DNA of 64,000 bases from a virus. Position numbers and translations under genes: made by a program. Positions 1 to 9,126 of the stretch are shown piece by piece. How positions within the stretch are numbered: the stretch's first letter is position 1; each line of letters begins with the position of its first letter. The DNA is taken from positions 55,186-119,185 of IMG/VR virus record IMGVR_UViG_3300045988_147517. One strand, given 5' to 3'. The notes under the pieces were generated by a model, which worked only from the letters and a program-made list of their open reading frames with translations, did no database searches and had not been told where the DNA came from.

Positions 1-507
1 TTTAGAAACATAAGCTTTTACTTTGAATAATTTTGATTCTCTTATGCTATATGCATCGACAGTTTCCATTGGCGAATTGGAAAAGTGAAACCCTTGCAGA
101 CATAAAATTGGAAAATCCACGCTGTATTCTTTTCCAATTTCATATTTTAATCCTTTTGAAACCATATTAAATGGAACGCGTTTATATCCTTCTACCCAAA
201 TTTTCTCCTCTTCGTCATAGAGTTCCTTCATTGTATTATAAGCAACCCCATCTTTGTTTTGAATATCAAATTCACCTACTTTCAAAAGCGAAAGTCCACC
301 ACGAATTTCATAATAAAACAACCCATCATTGAAATCATAAATACTATTACGCAGTGGGCTACTATCTAATTCCTTTTTCAAATTTTCAATTTTCCTTTCT
401 CTTTCTGACATCGGCTCTTCCTTATTCATTTCATCATTAATATCTTCAATTTCTTCATTTGATGATGCCACTTTACCATTCGTATTACCTTTATTAAACC
501 AAAACAT
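1..507 (-). CDS. hypothetical protein, N-terminal part only (gene runs off left edge)
   Basis: Hand translation from ATG at 507 is open to position 1 (MFWFNKGNTNGKV...GFHFSNSPMETVDAY...); AGGAGG RBS is rc of 515-520. Confidence 0.6.
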   Translation of the reverse strand, partial: MFWFNKGNTNGKVASSNEEIEDINDEMNKEEPMSERERKIENLKKELDSSPLRNSIYDFNDGLFYYEIRGGLSLLKVGEFDIQNKDGVAYNTMKELYDEEEKIWVEGYKRVPFNMVSKGLKYEIGKEYSVDFPILCLQGFHFSNSPMETVDAYSIRESKLFKVKAYVSK

Positions 508-519
508 TATATTTCCTCC

Positions 520-699
520 TTATACCCAAATGCAAACTACAACAGAAATAAAAAAACAAATCATACATACTATTAAAGCACCCATAAAAAGTCCGGCTAT
601 TTTTCTGCTATTCCTACTAGGAAAATCACTAAAAATACATACTAAAATTGCAAATAGTAGCCCCAATATTATAAATGTTACTACAAATTTTTGCGCCAT
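520..699 (-). CDS. small membrane protein (59 aa)
   Basis: ATG at 699 after AAAGAGG RBS; hydrophobic MAQKFVVTFIILGLLFAILVC...; below the ORF-track size cutoff. Confidence 0.5.
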   Translation of the reverse strand: MAQKFVVTFIILGLLFAILVCIFSDFPSRNSRKIAGLFMGALIVCMICFFISVVVCIWV

Positions 700-844
700 A
701 TTATACCTCTTTCTTTTTAAAACCCCTAGTAGTCAATCGGCCAAAATTAGTTTTATTATTATTTAAATTTAAACTGTAAAATAAACACCTACTAGGGGCA
801 TAGCGGCCTTCGAGAGATTGTAATCGCTCCCTCACCATATCTAT

Positions 845-873
845 ATTATACAACAAAAGCGCCAATATGTCAA
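845..873 (-). promoter_or_regulatory. sigma-A type promoter
   Basis: -35 TTGACA is rc of 868-873; 17-nt spacer; extended -10 TGTATAAT is rc of 845-852. Confidence 0.7.
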
Positions 874-898
874 TAGATTTCTGGCGCTTTTTAAAATT

Positions 899-1162
899 TT
901 ATTCGTGAAACAGAAAATAATAGGATTTTTCAATGGGGTATGCGTTAATAATTTTAATCTTTGGATTTGTCAATAATTCTAAATCTTCATTATAAGCATT
1001 TGCATAATATACAATTTTATAAGCTAAAGCCTTCTCTGTACTAATAATATACTCAGGTACCTCCATATCATCATTTTTAATTACCACACAAAACCCGCAA
1101 TATAATCCTTCCGTATCATCTTTTGTTTCAAACATCATTTTTAATAATTCAGTCTTTTTCAT
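899..1162 (-). CDS. hypothetical protein
   Basis: 87-aa ORF, start overlaps the stop of the upstream gene. Confidence 0.6.
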   Translation of the reverse strand: MKKTELLKMMFETKDDTEGLYCGFCVVIKNDDMEVPEYIISTEKALAYKIVYYANAYNEDLELLTNPKIKIINAYPIEKSYYFLFHE

Positions 1163-1743
1163 CGTTTTAAAATTTTTACTCCTACTAATTCTTCAATTAA
1201 ATCTCGATAGCGCGATTCGGCTTCGAGCAATCGTGCATCACCATAATTAATCACGTCTTGCAACCCTTCGTTTCTTTTTCGGAGCGCCACAATCAAATCC
1301 TCGTATTCGCGAATTTTTGATTTATTTTCATCCATTTCATCACGAAACTTCTTTACTTCACTTTCATTTTCGTTTTTTAATTCAGTGATTTCATTATCTA
1401 AAGCATTAAGCTTATCTATTCTAGTTCTAATAAACAAACTATTTAACTCTGCATCTTGCTCCGTTTCTTCTTTTACTGCTTCAATTTTATAAAGTGTAAT
1501 GGCAATTTCTTCTTTGCGGTCTGTTAATAGAACCCATGGATTTGAAAAGAAAATATGGACAAAATTTCCATCTTCTTTAGTTTTTCCCTCATAAATTTTA
1601 GTGCCATATTCATACATTTTGTTAACACGTTCACTAATTTTATCTTCATTTTGGGCAATGTAGGTATTAATAGATAGTTTCTCATCCCTTCCCATGATAC
1701 GTTCTGCGTATCTTTCTTGGCAATGTTTGCTAACTTTTAACAT
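1159..1743 (-). CDS. hypothetical protein with coiled-coil C-terminal half
   Basis: 194-aa ORF; E/K/L-rich heptad-like C-terminal half. Confidence 0.65.
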   Translation of the reverse strand: MLKVSKHCQERYAERIMGRDEKLSINTYIAQNEDKISERVNKMYEYGTKIYEGKTKEDGNFVHIFFSNPWVLLTDRKEEIAITLYKIEAVKEETEQDAELNSLFIRTRIDKLNALDNEITELKNENESEVKKFRDEMDENKSKIREYEDLIVALRKRNEGLQDVINYGDARLLEAESRYRDLIEELVGVKILKR

Positions 1744-2000
1744 GAACTACTCCTATCTTCGTCTTTATTCATAGCAGTGACTTTTGGCTGAGTGTTCGGG
1801 TCGATTCTAAAAGGATTCAGATGTCTAGGCGCTGTTACAAATGGATAGTTTTCTCTAAAATTTTTACAACTTATATTTATTTCAAATGAATCGCTATGTT
1901 GAATGCCGTCTACTTTATCTTGTAGCGCGTATGCTTCTTCAATATTCTTACATACGTCATGATGATTACATAAGTCGCATTTTTCTCTCATATTACTCAT
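1737..2000 (-). CDS. hypothetical Cys/His-rich protein
   Basis: 87-aa ORF; CDLCNHHDVC near the N-terminus; GGAGG-type RBS upstream. Confidence 0.6.
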   Translation of the reverse strand: MSNMREKCDLCNHHDVCKNIEEAYALQDKVDGIQHSDSFEINISCKNFRENYPFVTAPRHLNPFRIDPNTQPKVTAMNKDEDRSSSC

Positions 2001-2025
2001 TTAGTTTTCCTCCTTTTTTATTTTG

Positions 2026-2412
2026 TTAATTTTTTAATAATTGGTCAACAATTTTTCTACATTCATTTTGAACGTACTCAAGAGAGCATACTTGACCTTC
2101 ATATCCAATATCTAAAATAAGCCTTTTAGGATAATACATTTTTGCCAATTCAATATCATTCCCATCCTCAAAATGTACGCAATCAAACCCGAACCACCAT
2201 AAATCGGATTTGATAGGATGCGCACTATCTTTACCACCATCCGAATAGGTGAGTCCACCGTGACATTCTATCTTTAAATCATCATAGAACTTTCCATAAT
2301 ACTGACTTTCTGATGTTACCCCAACATAACCACACCGATATCCTCCCGGTGTAAAGGTAACAACACAGCGTAGACCTTTATAGATAAAATCACTTTCTAT
2401 CTTTAACTGCAT
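2026..2412 (-). CDS. conserved-looking hypothetical protein
   Basis: 128-aa ORF with RCGYVGV, HGGLTY and WWFGFDCVH motifs; family not identified. Confidence 0.65.
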   Translation of the reverse strand: MQLKIESDFIYKGLRCVVTFTPGGYRCGYVGVTSESQYYGKFYDDLKIECHGGLTYSDGGKDSAHPIKSDLWWFGFDCVHFEDGNDIELAKMYYPKRLILDIGYEGQVCSLEYVQNECRKIVDQLLKN

Positions 2413-2591
2413 TCTTCAACCTCCAACTCTTCTTCAAAAACGTCTTCTCTATATTCTATAATTTCCATCATTCGTTCTTCAAGCCACTCTAATTCTTCTA
2501 CGTTTTTACATTTATCAAATAAGTCATCAACAAATAATTCAAAACCAAAACTATCTAAACCTAATCTTCCACTCTCATCTCTTCCCAGCAT
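2403..2591 (-). CDS. small acidic hypothetical protein
   Basis: 62-aa ORF, AGGAGG RBS just upstream of ATG 2591. Confidence 0.55.
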   Translation of the reverse strand: MLGRDESGRLGLDSFGFELFVDDLFDKCKNVEELEWLEERMMEIIEYREDVFEEELEVEECS

Positions 2592-2767
2592 CTTTCAACC
2601 TCCTGATAAAGTTCTCCTAAATTTTCTGGTACCTCTTCTGCATTATTTAAAGACTCCTCATACCATTCCCAATTATCCACGCCGCCATATTTTAAAGATA
2701 ATAACTCAGCTTCTCTCTCAAGCAATAACCGCAATTCTTTTTCTACAATAATATATTCTTTACTCAT
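2561..2767 (-). CDS. small acidic hypothetical protein
   Basis: 68-aa ORF in an operon-like tight array. Confidence 0.5.
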   Translation of the reverse strand: MSKEYIIVEKELRLLLEREAELLSLKYGGVDNWEWYEESLNNAEEVPENLGELYQEVERCWEEMRVED

Positions 2768-3010
2768 TTAAACCTCCCTAAAATATTTTTGCATTGCTTC
2801 TTCTGGTATTTCTAACCAGTCCCCCGGGTCACCGTTTTGCTCAAGGTGTACGTAATTATCAGGTCGTTTCTCATGCGTTTCCACCCAGATTGTGCCCAAC
2901 TTGACGGGAGGAATTTCGCTATCACTAAACACAAGTCCTTTTATGCATTCATATTTTTCATTCTTCTTCATTTCACTACCGCACAAACCTATGTATGTAT
3001 AGCTCTTCAT
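2768..3010 (-). CDS. hypothetical protein
   Basis: 80-aa ORF, GGAG RBS. Confidence 0.55.
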   Translation of the reverse strand: MKSYTYIGLCGSEMKKNEKYECIKGLVFSDSEIPPVKLGTIWVETHEKRPDNYVHLEQNGDPGDWLEIPEEAMQKYFREV

Positions 3011-3203
3011 CTAATATCTCCTGTACTTCATCTTTCACCTGTTGAGCTTCAAGCGTTGAATTTCCATTAAACACTTCTTCAAACACCATTGAGAGTAGGC
3101 AATCTAGTTCGTTAAGCTCTTTGCAAGAATTAACCAAGTCAGACACCACAACTTTTAATTTTTTTCCATTATAAAACATCTCATCATTTACATACTTTAA
3201 CAT
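2976..3203 (-). CDS. hypothetical protein
   Basis: ORF-track ORF 2976..3227 trimmed to ATG 3203, which follows AGGAGG (rc of 3211-3216). Confidence 0.5.
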   Translation of the reverse strand: MLKYVNDEMFYNGKKLKVVVSDLVNSCKELNELDCLLSMVFEEVFNGNSTLEAQQVKDEVQEILDEELYIHRFVR

Positions 3204-3568
3204 TCTTTTACCTCCTGGTTCCAACAATCATAACAAGTATAGCCCAGTCTCATACATTCCACAGATTTATCATCTTCGCCATATACATCTACAATACATG
3301 CAGTAGGATAAAGCCCACTCCCATCATCTTCTAATCTAGCATTCGGGAACTTCTCTAAAAATACATTCATGTAGGTCTTTGGTGGATGTTCTCTGTCCCA
3401 CTTTTCAACAACAGAAACAGCCTCTCGAGGATAATCCTGTTCAAAACTTGCACAATAGATATGTCTTTTATTATTATGTGATTCAAACGGGCACTCAGAA
3501 CAAGATGACGCTTTGCAACATTGTGTCATTCTTCTCTTTATTTTTAAATATTCAACTGCGTTCATCAT
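3197..3568 (-). CDS. hypothetical Cys-rich protein
   Basis: 123-aa ORF with multiple Cys clusters (CCKASSCSECP, CYDC). Confidence 0.6.
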   Translation of the reverse strand: MMNAVEYLKIKRRMTQCCKASSCSECPFESHNNKRHIYCASFEQDYPREAVSVVEKWDREHPPKTYMNVFLEKFPNARLEDDGSGLYPTACIVDVYGEDDKSVECMRLGYTCYDCWNQEVKEC

Positions 3569-3963
3569 TCAGTTACCCCAATCAAATTAAGAAGGTCGTC
3601 AATGTCAATTTCGACGTTATTATAGTCAGTTGGATGACGATGTGATGATTTCATAGTAATATTTTCCGCGTCTAACGTTTCATCTAAAATATCAATCAAA
3701 GAATTTTCTTCATTCTCAAACAATTTATCCTTTAAAAGACCAAATAATTCTTGGTATGGCATTTCTTTTACATCATTTTCTGCTTCAATATATCCAGAGT
3801 AGCTTCCAATTTTCACCACTACCAATACAGCATCTGATAATGGGTGTAAATACCACTGCTCCCAGTAATAACCATCATCGTATCCAAAAAACAAGGCTTT
3901 TTTATTTTGTTTATGTACCTTTAAAAGCGCATCTCTTAATTCATCTGGTGTGTCAATGTTCAC
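3565..3963 (-). CDS. hypothetical protein
   Basis: 132-aa ORF, start/stop overlaps with neighbours. Confidence 0.6.
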   Translation of the reverse strand: MNIDTPDELRDALLKVHKQNKKALFFGYDDGYYWEQWYLHPLSDAVLVVVKIGSYSGYIEAENDVKEMPYQELFGLLKDKLFENEENSLIDILDETLDAENITMKSSHRHPTDYNNVEIDIDDLLNLIGVTE

Positions 3964-4370
3964 TCCCTTACCCCCTTCTTAATTTCCTCGAATTTCGCCA
4001 ACATTTCGGGCACTGCCGCCACCGCCTCCTCTTCGGTCGGGAAACAGTTACCCATGTTGAGCATGGCAAGAGAGGCTTCTTCGTCTTTATAGAAGTGGCA
4101 CCATGTCACGCGTCCATTAAGAGAGACGGTATAATATTTACCATCATCTTTCGGCTTCCAAGGGCGTTTCTGAATTGTGTATTCTCCGGTTAATAAATAC
4201 CATAGTTGACTATACGCCATGTCATCATCGTCATAATCAATAATTGAGTCATTCGTAAATCTATAAGGACTATAAGCGACAATACTTCCATTTTTATCCA
4301 TAACATCAAATTTCTCCCCAATCTCTACGCCTAACATTTTTGCCACTTCTTGCATGTAGTTTTTATTCAT
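3960..4370 (-). CDS. hypothetical protein
   Basis: 136-aa ORF. Confidence 0.6.
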   Translation of the reverse strand: MNKNYMQEVAKMLGVEIGEKFDVMDKNGSIVAYSPYRFTNDSIIDYDDDDMAYSQLWYLLTGEYTIQKRPWKPKDDGKYYTVSLNGRVTWCHFYKDEEASLAMLNMGNCFPTEEEAVAAVPEMLAKFEEIKKGVRE

Positions 4371-4686
4371 CTAATCTTTGGCAATGAAACTCCCTACTTC
4401 TATAAGTAGGAGAGGAATTGCCTTCTCCTTTCTTCCTGTAAATAACTCATTCTAGCTTTTAATAATTTTAATTTTTTACAACTTATACCCGTTAGTCTAG
4501 TCAACAAGGGCTTTTCAAGCCCCCACTTCAACAAGACCTATCTTGTAAGTAGTGGGTTATTGACTTTAAATCTCCTTTACCTTTCTTATTTTAACTGGTT
4601 TTCTTTTCTTGGGTCTACGCCTTTCTTTCAAATCTTTTTCAGCTAGGCGCTCTTCTTCTTGTTCCATAATATAATTAAAGTATTCT

Positions 4687-5220
4687 TCACTCGTTATCGG
4701 TAGATTCTTTTTCTTGTAACTCATCGTTCTTCCTAAAAATAATTAGCTTTACATGTTCGCTATCATCAAAAACTTCATGTAATATCTTACTTACAATTTT
4801 CCAATCTCCTCCACCACATCCGCAACCTAGCTTATATGGTACTCCAATTGTCCAAATATCATCTTTTTTTGAAAAAGTAAGGGCCTCACAATGTTCTCTT
4901 AACAATATTAGTGCCTCTTTAAGCGCCCTATAATCTGTCAACCTTTCACCATTTGGGGCATGATGAAACTGGGCGAATAAATTAGCAACCAAGTCTTTTC
5001 TGCCCCCATACCGTTCCACTTCGACTATCTGAACAACGCCCATCATTGATTCAGATAGACCATATTCTTTGCAGAATTTATTATATTGCTTCAATAAATC
5101 TTTGTAAATATACCTTAAATCTCTCGAAAGTCCGGCGTGCATTTTCCCTTGACAATTTACCTGATGGGCGATAATATCAACTTTAGATTTAATTAAATCT
5201 CCATCTTTCATTTCTACCAT
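4687..5220 (-). CDS. macrodomain protein (ADP-ribose binding or hydrolase)
   Basis: DIIAHQVNCQGKMHAGLS and GVPYKLGCGCGGGDW match the two signature loops of macrodomains, from memory. Confidence 0.7.
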   Translation of the reverse strand: MVEMKDGDLIKSKVDIIAHQVNCQGKMHAGLSRDLRYIYKDLLKQYNKFCKEYGLSESMMGVVQIVEVERYGGRKDLVANLFAQFHHAPNGERLTDYRALKEALILLREHCEALTFSKKDDIWTIGVPYKLGCGCGGGDWKIVSKILHEVFDDSEHVKLIIFRKNDELQEKESTDNE

Positions 5221-5221
5221 T

Positions 5222-5449
5222 TTAATCCCTCATAAGCCTTTTAATATCTCTTACATTCAAACTCAATACTATATTCACATTATCAGGCGGATTCATATTA
5301 TTTACAAACCGCTTCAAACACCCAGTCGAACAAAAATAATGGCCGTGCGACCGCACCCCGTTATTGGAGATTTCTTGAATCGTCAACTGAATCATATTAC
5401 AGGTACAACCCGCTTCTCCACTACAAAACTCACACTTCATAATATTCAC
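5222..5449 (-). CDS. small Cys-rich (zinc-ribbon-like) protein
   Basis: 75-aa ORF; CEFCSGEAGCTC ... CSTGC; TAAGGAG RBS. Confidence 0.55.
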   Translation of the reverse strand: MNIMKCEFCSGEAGCTCNMIQLTIQEISNNGVRSHGHYFCSTGCLKRFVNNMNPPDNVNIVLSLNVRDIKRLMRD

Positions 5450-5452
5450 TCC

Positions 5453-5548
5453 TTAGTTAATTAAAATACCGCCAACATATTCAATATATTCGTATGCCGC
5501 CTTTGGCGATTCCACAACATCATTTTTGCCAATCGTTTCCCAATTTAG
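5453..5548 (-). pseudogene. orphan duplicated 3' fragment of gene 5641..6063
   Basis: Minus-strand translation LNWETIGKNDVVESPKAAYEYIEYVGGILIN* parallels the C-terminus SWDAIAKDDVIESPEKAYEYIETVGGILIN* of the neighbouring gene; no start codon, upstream in-frame stop. Confidence 0.55.
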
Positions 5549-5640
5549 GTGTACTAATGTACTTCTCACTCGATAGCATAGCTAAGCATAAATGAGCTAA
5601 CCCCGTCCTAACAGCGGTTATTGTTGGTGCTATATAATTA

Positions 5641-6063
5641 TTAATTGATTAATATGCCGCCAACAGTTTCAATATACTCATAGGCTTTTTCAGGCGATTC
5701 TATAACATCATCTTTAGCAATCGCATCCCAAGAATATTTACCCGCATATCGGGTAAAAGCCTTTTGAAAATCAACACCTTTTTTATTTTTATACAATACA
5801 ATTTCATCCCACATTCTTTGACTACTCACCACAATATTATCATGCGCCATGTTTACTATTGTATTCGGCCCCATAACTCTATACCCTTTAACGTCATGCG
5901 GGATTGTCCCAATGCCATGGCAATAATGACAAACACTTTGTAAAAGGGGGTATCCCGCTTTTAAACCACGAGCATACCCCTTACCACCACATTTCGGGCA
6001 ACATACTTCATCTACGCGAAACGTTCCTTCTTTAATATAATATACTTCGTCTCCTAGTTCCAA
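5641..6063 (-). CDS. protein with DnaJ-type CxxCxGxG zinc-finger repeats
   Basis: CPKCGGKG and CHYCHGIG motifs in a 140-aa ORF. Confidence 0.6.
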   Translation of the reverse strand: MELGDEVYYIKEGTFRVDEVCCPKCGGKGYARGLKAGYPLLQSVCHYCHGIGTIPHDVKGYRVMGPNTIVNMAHDNIVVSSQRMWDEIVLYKNKKGVDFQKAFTRYAGKYSWDAIAKDDVIESPEKAYEYIETVGGILIN

Positions 6064-6090
6064 AACTACAAAACCCTCCTTTAAAATTTA

Positions 6091-6165
6091 TGGTGCGGGG
6101 ACTGGGAATCGAACCCAGTTTTCAGGCGTATAAGACCCGCGCACTAACCGATGTACTATCCCCGT
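6091..6165 (-). tRNA. tRNA-Ile (anticodon UAU), CCA encoded
   Basis: Hand-folded cloverleaf: U8, A14, GG in the D loop, anticodon loop CUUAUAC, T arm CTGGG-TTCGATT-CCCAG, 3' ACCA. Position 1:72 is an A-C mismatch. Confidence 0.75.
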
Positions 6166-6198
6166 ATAAAAGGGAAATACATCCCTTTTTATAAACAT

Positions 6199-6227
6199 AT
6201 TATAACATACTGTTGGCGCTTTGTCAA
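6199..6227 (-). promoter_or_regulatory. sigma-A type promoter upstream of the tRNA
   Basis: -35 TTGACA is rc of 6222-6227; 17-nt spacer; -10 TATAAT is rc of 6199-6204. Confidence 0.6.
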
Positions 6228-6862
6228 TCAGTTTCGCCCGGAATAATATACTCAAACAGTTCTTCACAGTCAGCGCACATAACAGAAATATTTGCTTTTC
6301 CTCTTACAACCGCGCCACATGTTGGACATTGGTAATATGGTCTAGGTTTTCTAGGTTTCTTTGGCTCTTCACCTTCACTTGCGGCTAAATCTGACAATTG
6401 CCTGTTAATATTAAAAACGTCGCTGATATTAAGCGTATCAATAAATTCTATAAATTCGTCTGATGGCGCTGTCTCTGAATAACCAATTCCATCAACCTTA
6501 TTAATAATCAAATCTCTCTTTTCAGCTTTTGCTTTAAACCGCTTATTATGATAGCGGTTACCTCGGGAAGTATCTTTAATATCATTCTCCCAGCAATAAA
6601 TATGCACCATCTCATGCGCCAGTGTAGAAATGATATCATATTTATCAAGGTTTAAATACTCGGCTGTAATGTTTAACTCATAGTATCTTTTCCCACTAAT
6701 ATCAATCCACCGATTTTTTGAAGCCCACCCATAAGCATCTCCACTTACTACTTTCTTACTTTGAATTGTAATAATTACTAGCGGCAATTCACCATCATAA
6801 TATTTTTCGTTTAGAGCGTTATATACTCTTTCTAACTCATTATAAATTTCTGCCAAATTCAT
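6224..6862 (-). CDS. SprT-like zinc metalloprotease with C-terminal zinc ribbon
   Basis: LAHEMVHIY (HExxH) and CPTCG...CADCE. Confidence 0.65.
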   Translation of the reverse strand: MNLAEIYNELERVYNALNEKYYDGELPLVIITIQSKKVVSGDAYGWASKNRWIDISGKRYYELNITAEYLNLDKYDIISTLAHEMVHIYCWENDIKDTSRGNRYHNKRFKAKAEKRDLIINKVDGIGYSETAPSDEFIEFIDTLNISDVFNINRQLSDLAASEGEEPKKPRKPRPYYQCPTCGAVVRGKANISVMCADCEELFEYIIPGETD

Positions 6863-6863
6863 T

Positions 6864-8129
6864 TCATTCGCCTTTCATATCATCAAAATTCCAAGCACCA
6901 TAGGCCGGAGTGGATTCAAAAATACCTTCTGGATACTTTTCACCATCTGCAAGTGGAACAATTTTATCAATATATATTTCATTAAATAAAATTCCTGTTT
7001 TATTTAACGCACTAAATGGAGATATATTCATATCGGCTCGTTTATTAACATGCATAAATACAAAAGCCCTGTCTTTGTTACAAGAATATGTTGAATGTGG
7101 CGCGCCAATGATAGAACTCCCATATATGTTATTATAATATTCTCCCTCTTTATATTCAAATGAATTATCATAAAATGATACGTATTTATCCCCATCAATC
7201 TTCACATATTTCACAAATCTTAATGGGAAATTACAAGGTACTTGTTTTTCAATAGCATTGAGTCTTTTTATCATTATATCCCTTTTCGCGCTATCATTAA
7301 AAAAATAAGAACTGTAAAAATTATCGTCGAATAGGACAAACCTTTCCATTATATTGTCATTTTCTACTGTCCAATATATCTGTTTTCCCAAACAATATGA
7401 GACCAATAAATTATAGTTAATACAATATTTTGTGAAAAAATTTATACAATTAGATTGTCCTTGTTTTTCTTCAAATAATTCCATTGCCCTATTAATATCG
7501 AATGGCTCATCCCGAATTTCTTCAAAAATATCTTCCGATTCTTCACCATACATTCCGCCTATTTGCTCAGATAAGGCATCATAACTTTCGATATTTACAT
7601 TTTTCATAGACAATCCTATTTTATATAACGTTGATGTGGGAATACTATATCCTCTCTGCCTGTATTTTTCCATACGTTTTAAAGATGTAAGCGGATAAGG
7701 TGTCTTTACATTATAATTTAGGCATCGTTTAAGATTATCTGCAATAAAATTATCATCTACGATAAATTTATCTTCATCAAAATCATATAGCCCCATATTA
7801 ATAGTAAAATCAAAACTTTCAAAAATACTTTGTGGAGTAGGATACGCCTTTAAAGTAACCACTTGCACCATCTTATTGCCTCCACAATAATCTTTAAAAC
7901 TGATAGCCCTTTTAGAACACACTCTAAAATTCCCACTAGCCCATGATGACCTTAAAAAAGACTCCATATCTTTTTCTGTTTTAAAATATACATCATAGTC
8001 ATTAATCTCGTTTCCAGTATAAACAGAAGTAATAGCGCCACCAGCAATCATTGCATGGTTCAGTTTTAATAAATCATATAAATCGTCACTCATTTCATCA
8101 AATAGAACTTCTTTTTTATCTTTACTCAT
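6864..8129 (-). CDS. hypothetical protein with a Pol-beta-like nucleotidyltransferase signature
   Basis: IAGGAITSVYTGNEINDYDVYF fits hG[GS]-x9-13-DhDh. Start moved to ATG 8129 (GGAGGAA RBS) from track start 8201. Confidence 0.45.
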   Translation of the reverse strand: MSKDKKEVLFDEMSDDLYDLLKLNHAMIAGGAITSVYTGNEINDYDVYFKTEKDMESFLRSSWASGNFRVCSKRAISFKDYCGGNKMVQVVTLKAYPTPQSIFESFDFTINMGLYDFDEDKFIVDDNFIADNLKRCLNYNVKTPYPLTSLKRMEKYRQRGYSIPTSTLYKIGLSMKNVNIESYDALSEQIGGMYGEESEDIFEEIRDEPFDINRAMELFEEKQGQSNCINFFTKYCINYNLLVSYCLGKQIYWTVENDNIMERFVLFDDNFYSSYFFNDSAKRDIMIKRLNAIEKQVPCNFPLRFVKYVKIDGDKYVSFYDNSFEYKEGEYYNNIYGSSIIGAPHSTYSCNKDRAFVFMHVNKRADMNISPFSALNKTGILFNEIYIDKIVPLADGEKYPEGIFESTPAYGAWNFDDMKGE

Positions 8130-9093
8130 CTGCGAGTTCCTCCTCGTCCCCTTCGCACCAAAGGATACTACTTGTAATTTCATCTTGGTAATTTTTATCA
8201 ACCATCTGTACGTAGCGCATCGTCATTTCAACGCTTTGATGCCCTAACATCGTTTGAATATTTTTCACATTCGTACCATGAACAGATTGTAAAGTGGCGG
8301 CAGTACTTCTTAATTTGTGGGGTGTGATATCTTTGGTGATTCCAGCGCGTTCACATACCCGCTTTAATTCTTTTGAAACATTTCTACCATCTACTTTGCC
8401 ACCAGATGTCGATGTAAAAAGATAATTATTATTCCCAGACATGCGTTCTGTTGGAACAATTCTTTCGCCATCTCGATATACGGGGTAACCAAACCTATCA
8501 AGCACTACTTCACCATTTTGTTTAACAATTTCTTTTCTACCGATATAATCATTAATATATCTCTTACATACCCAGTTAATTGGGATATAGCGAAGTTCAT
8601 TACGTTTTGCTTTGCGAATATTAATGCGGCTCTTTTCAAAGTCCACATCTTCTAATTTTAAATCAGTCACTTCGCTAATACGCATTCCTGTATTAATCAT
8701 CAGGTAAAATATTGCCTTTTGGCGCTTTGTTCTACAATTCTTAATAAGTAGTTTTGCTTCACTTTCAGTTAAATAAGTCATTGGTTTAGGTTGAGTTTTA
8801 CGAGAACTAACATGAATATCATGGTCAATATAACCCTCACCATATAAAAAATGAATAAATTTTAACACTGGCGCGGTGTAAGTATTAATTGTGCTATCCG
8901 TAAGTCCATCCTCATCAAGCATAATCCTATATTCTTGAATGTCCTTTTTCTTCAGTGTCTCAATCTGAGTAAAATTCTTAATCCCCATACGGTCGAAAAA
9001 TTTGTTTAAATTTTTTTCATATTCAAAAAGAGTCTTATCAGCGGCACCATCAGCTTTTAAATCCTGAAGAAACAACTTGACTTCTAACATCAT
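8122..9093 (-). CDS. tyrosine recombinase / integrase (XerC/D-like)
   Basis: GMRISEV (Arg), HKLRSTAAT (HxxR), LGHQSVEMTMRYV (His...Tyr). Confidence 0.85.
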   Translation of the reverse strand: MMLEVKLFLQDLKADGAADKTLFEYEKNLNKFFDRMGIKNFTQIETLKKKDIQEYRIMLDEDGLTDSTINTYTAPVLKFIHFLYGEGYIDHDIHVSSRKTQPKPMTYLTESEAKLLIKNCRTKRQKAIFYLMINTGMRISEVTDLKLEDVDFEKSRINIRKAKRNELRYIPINWVCKRYINDYIGRKEIVKQNGEVVLDRFGYPVYRDGERIVPTERMSGNNNYLFTSTSGGKVDGRNVSKELKRVCERAGITKDITPHKLRSTAATLQSVHGTNVKNIQTMLGHQSVEMTMRYVQMVDKNYQDEITSSILWCEGDEEELADE

Positions 9094-9126
9094 TTCTAAT
9101 TACCTCTTTCTTTGTTTTATAGCTAT

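Noticed and set aside
530-766. 78-aa plus-strand ORF
   Set aside because: It is opposite to local transcription and has no RBS. The minus strand holds a better small membrane ORF (520..699) with an RBS and promoter.
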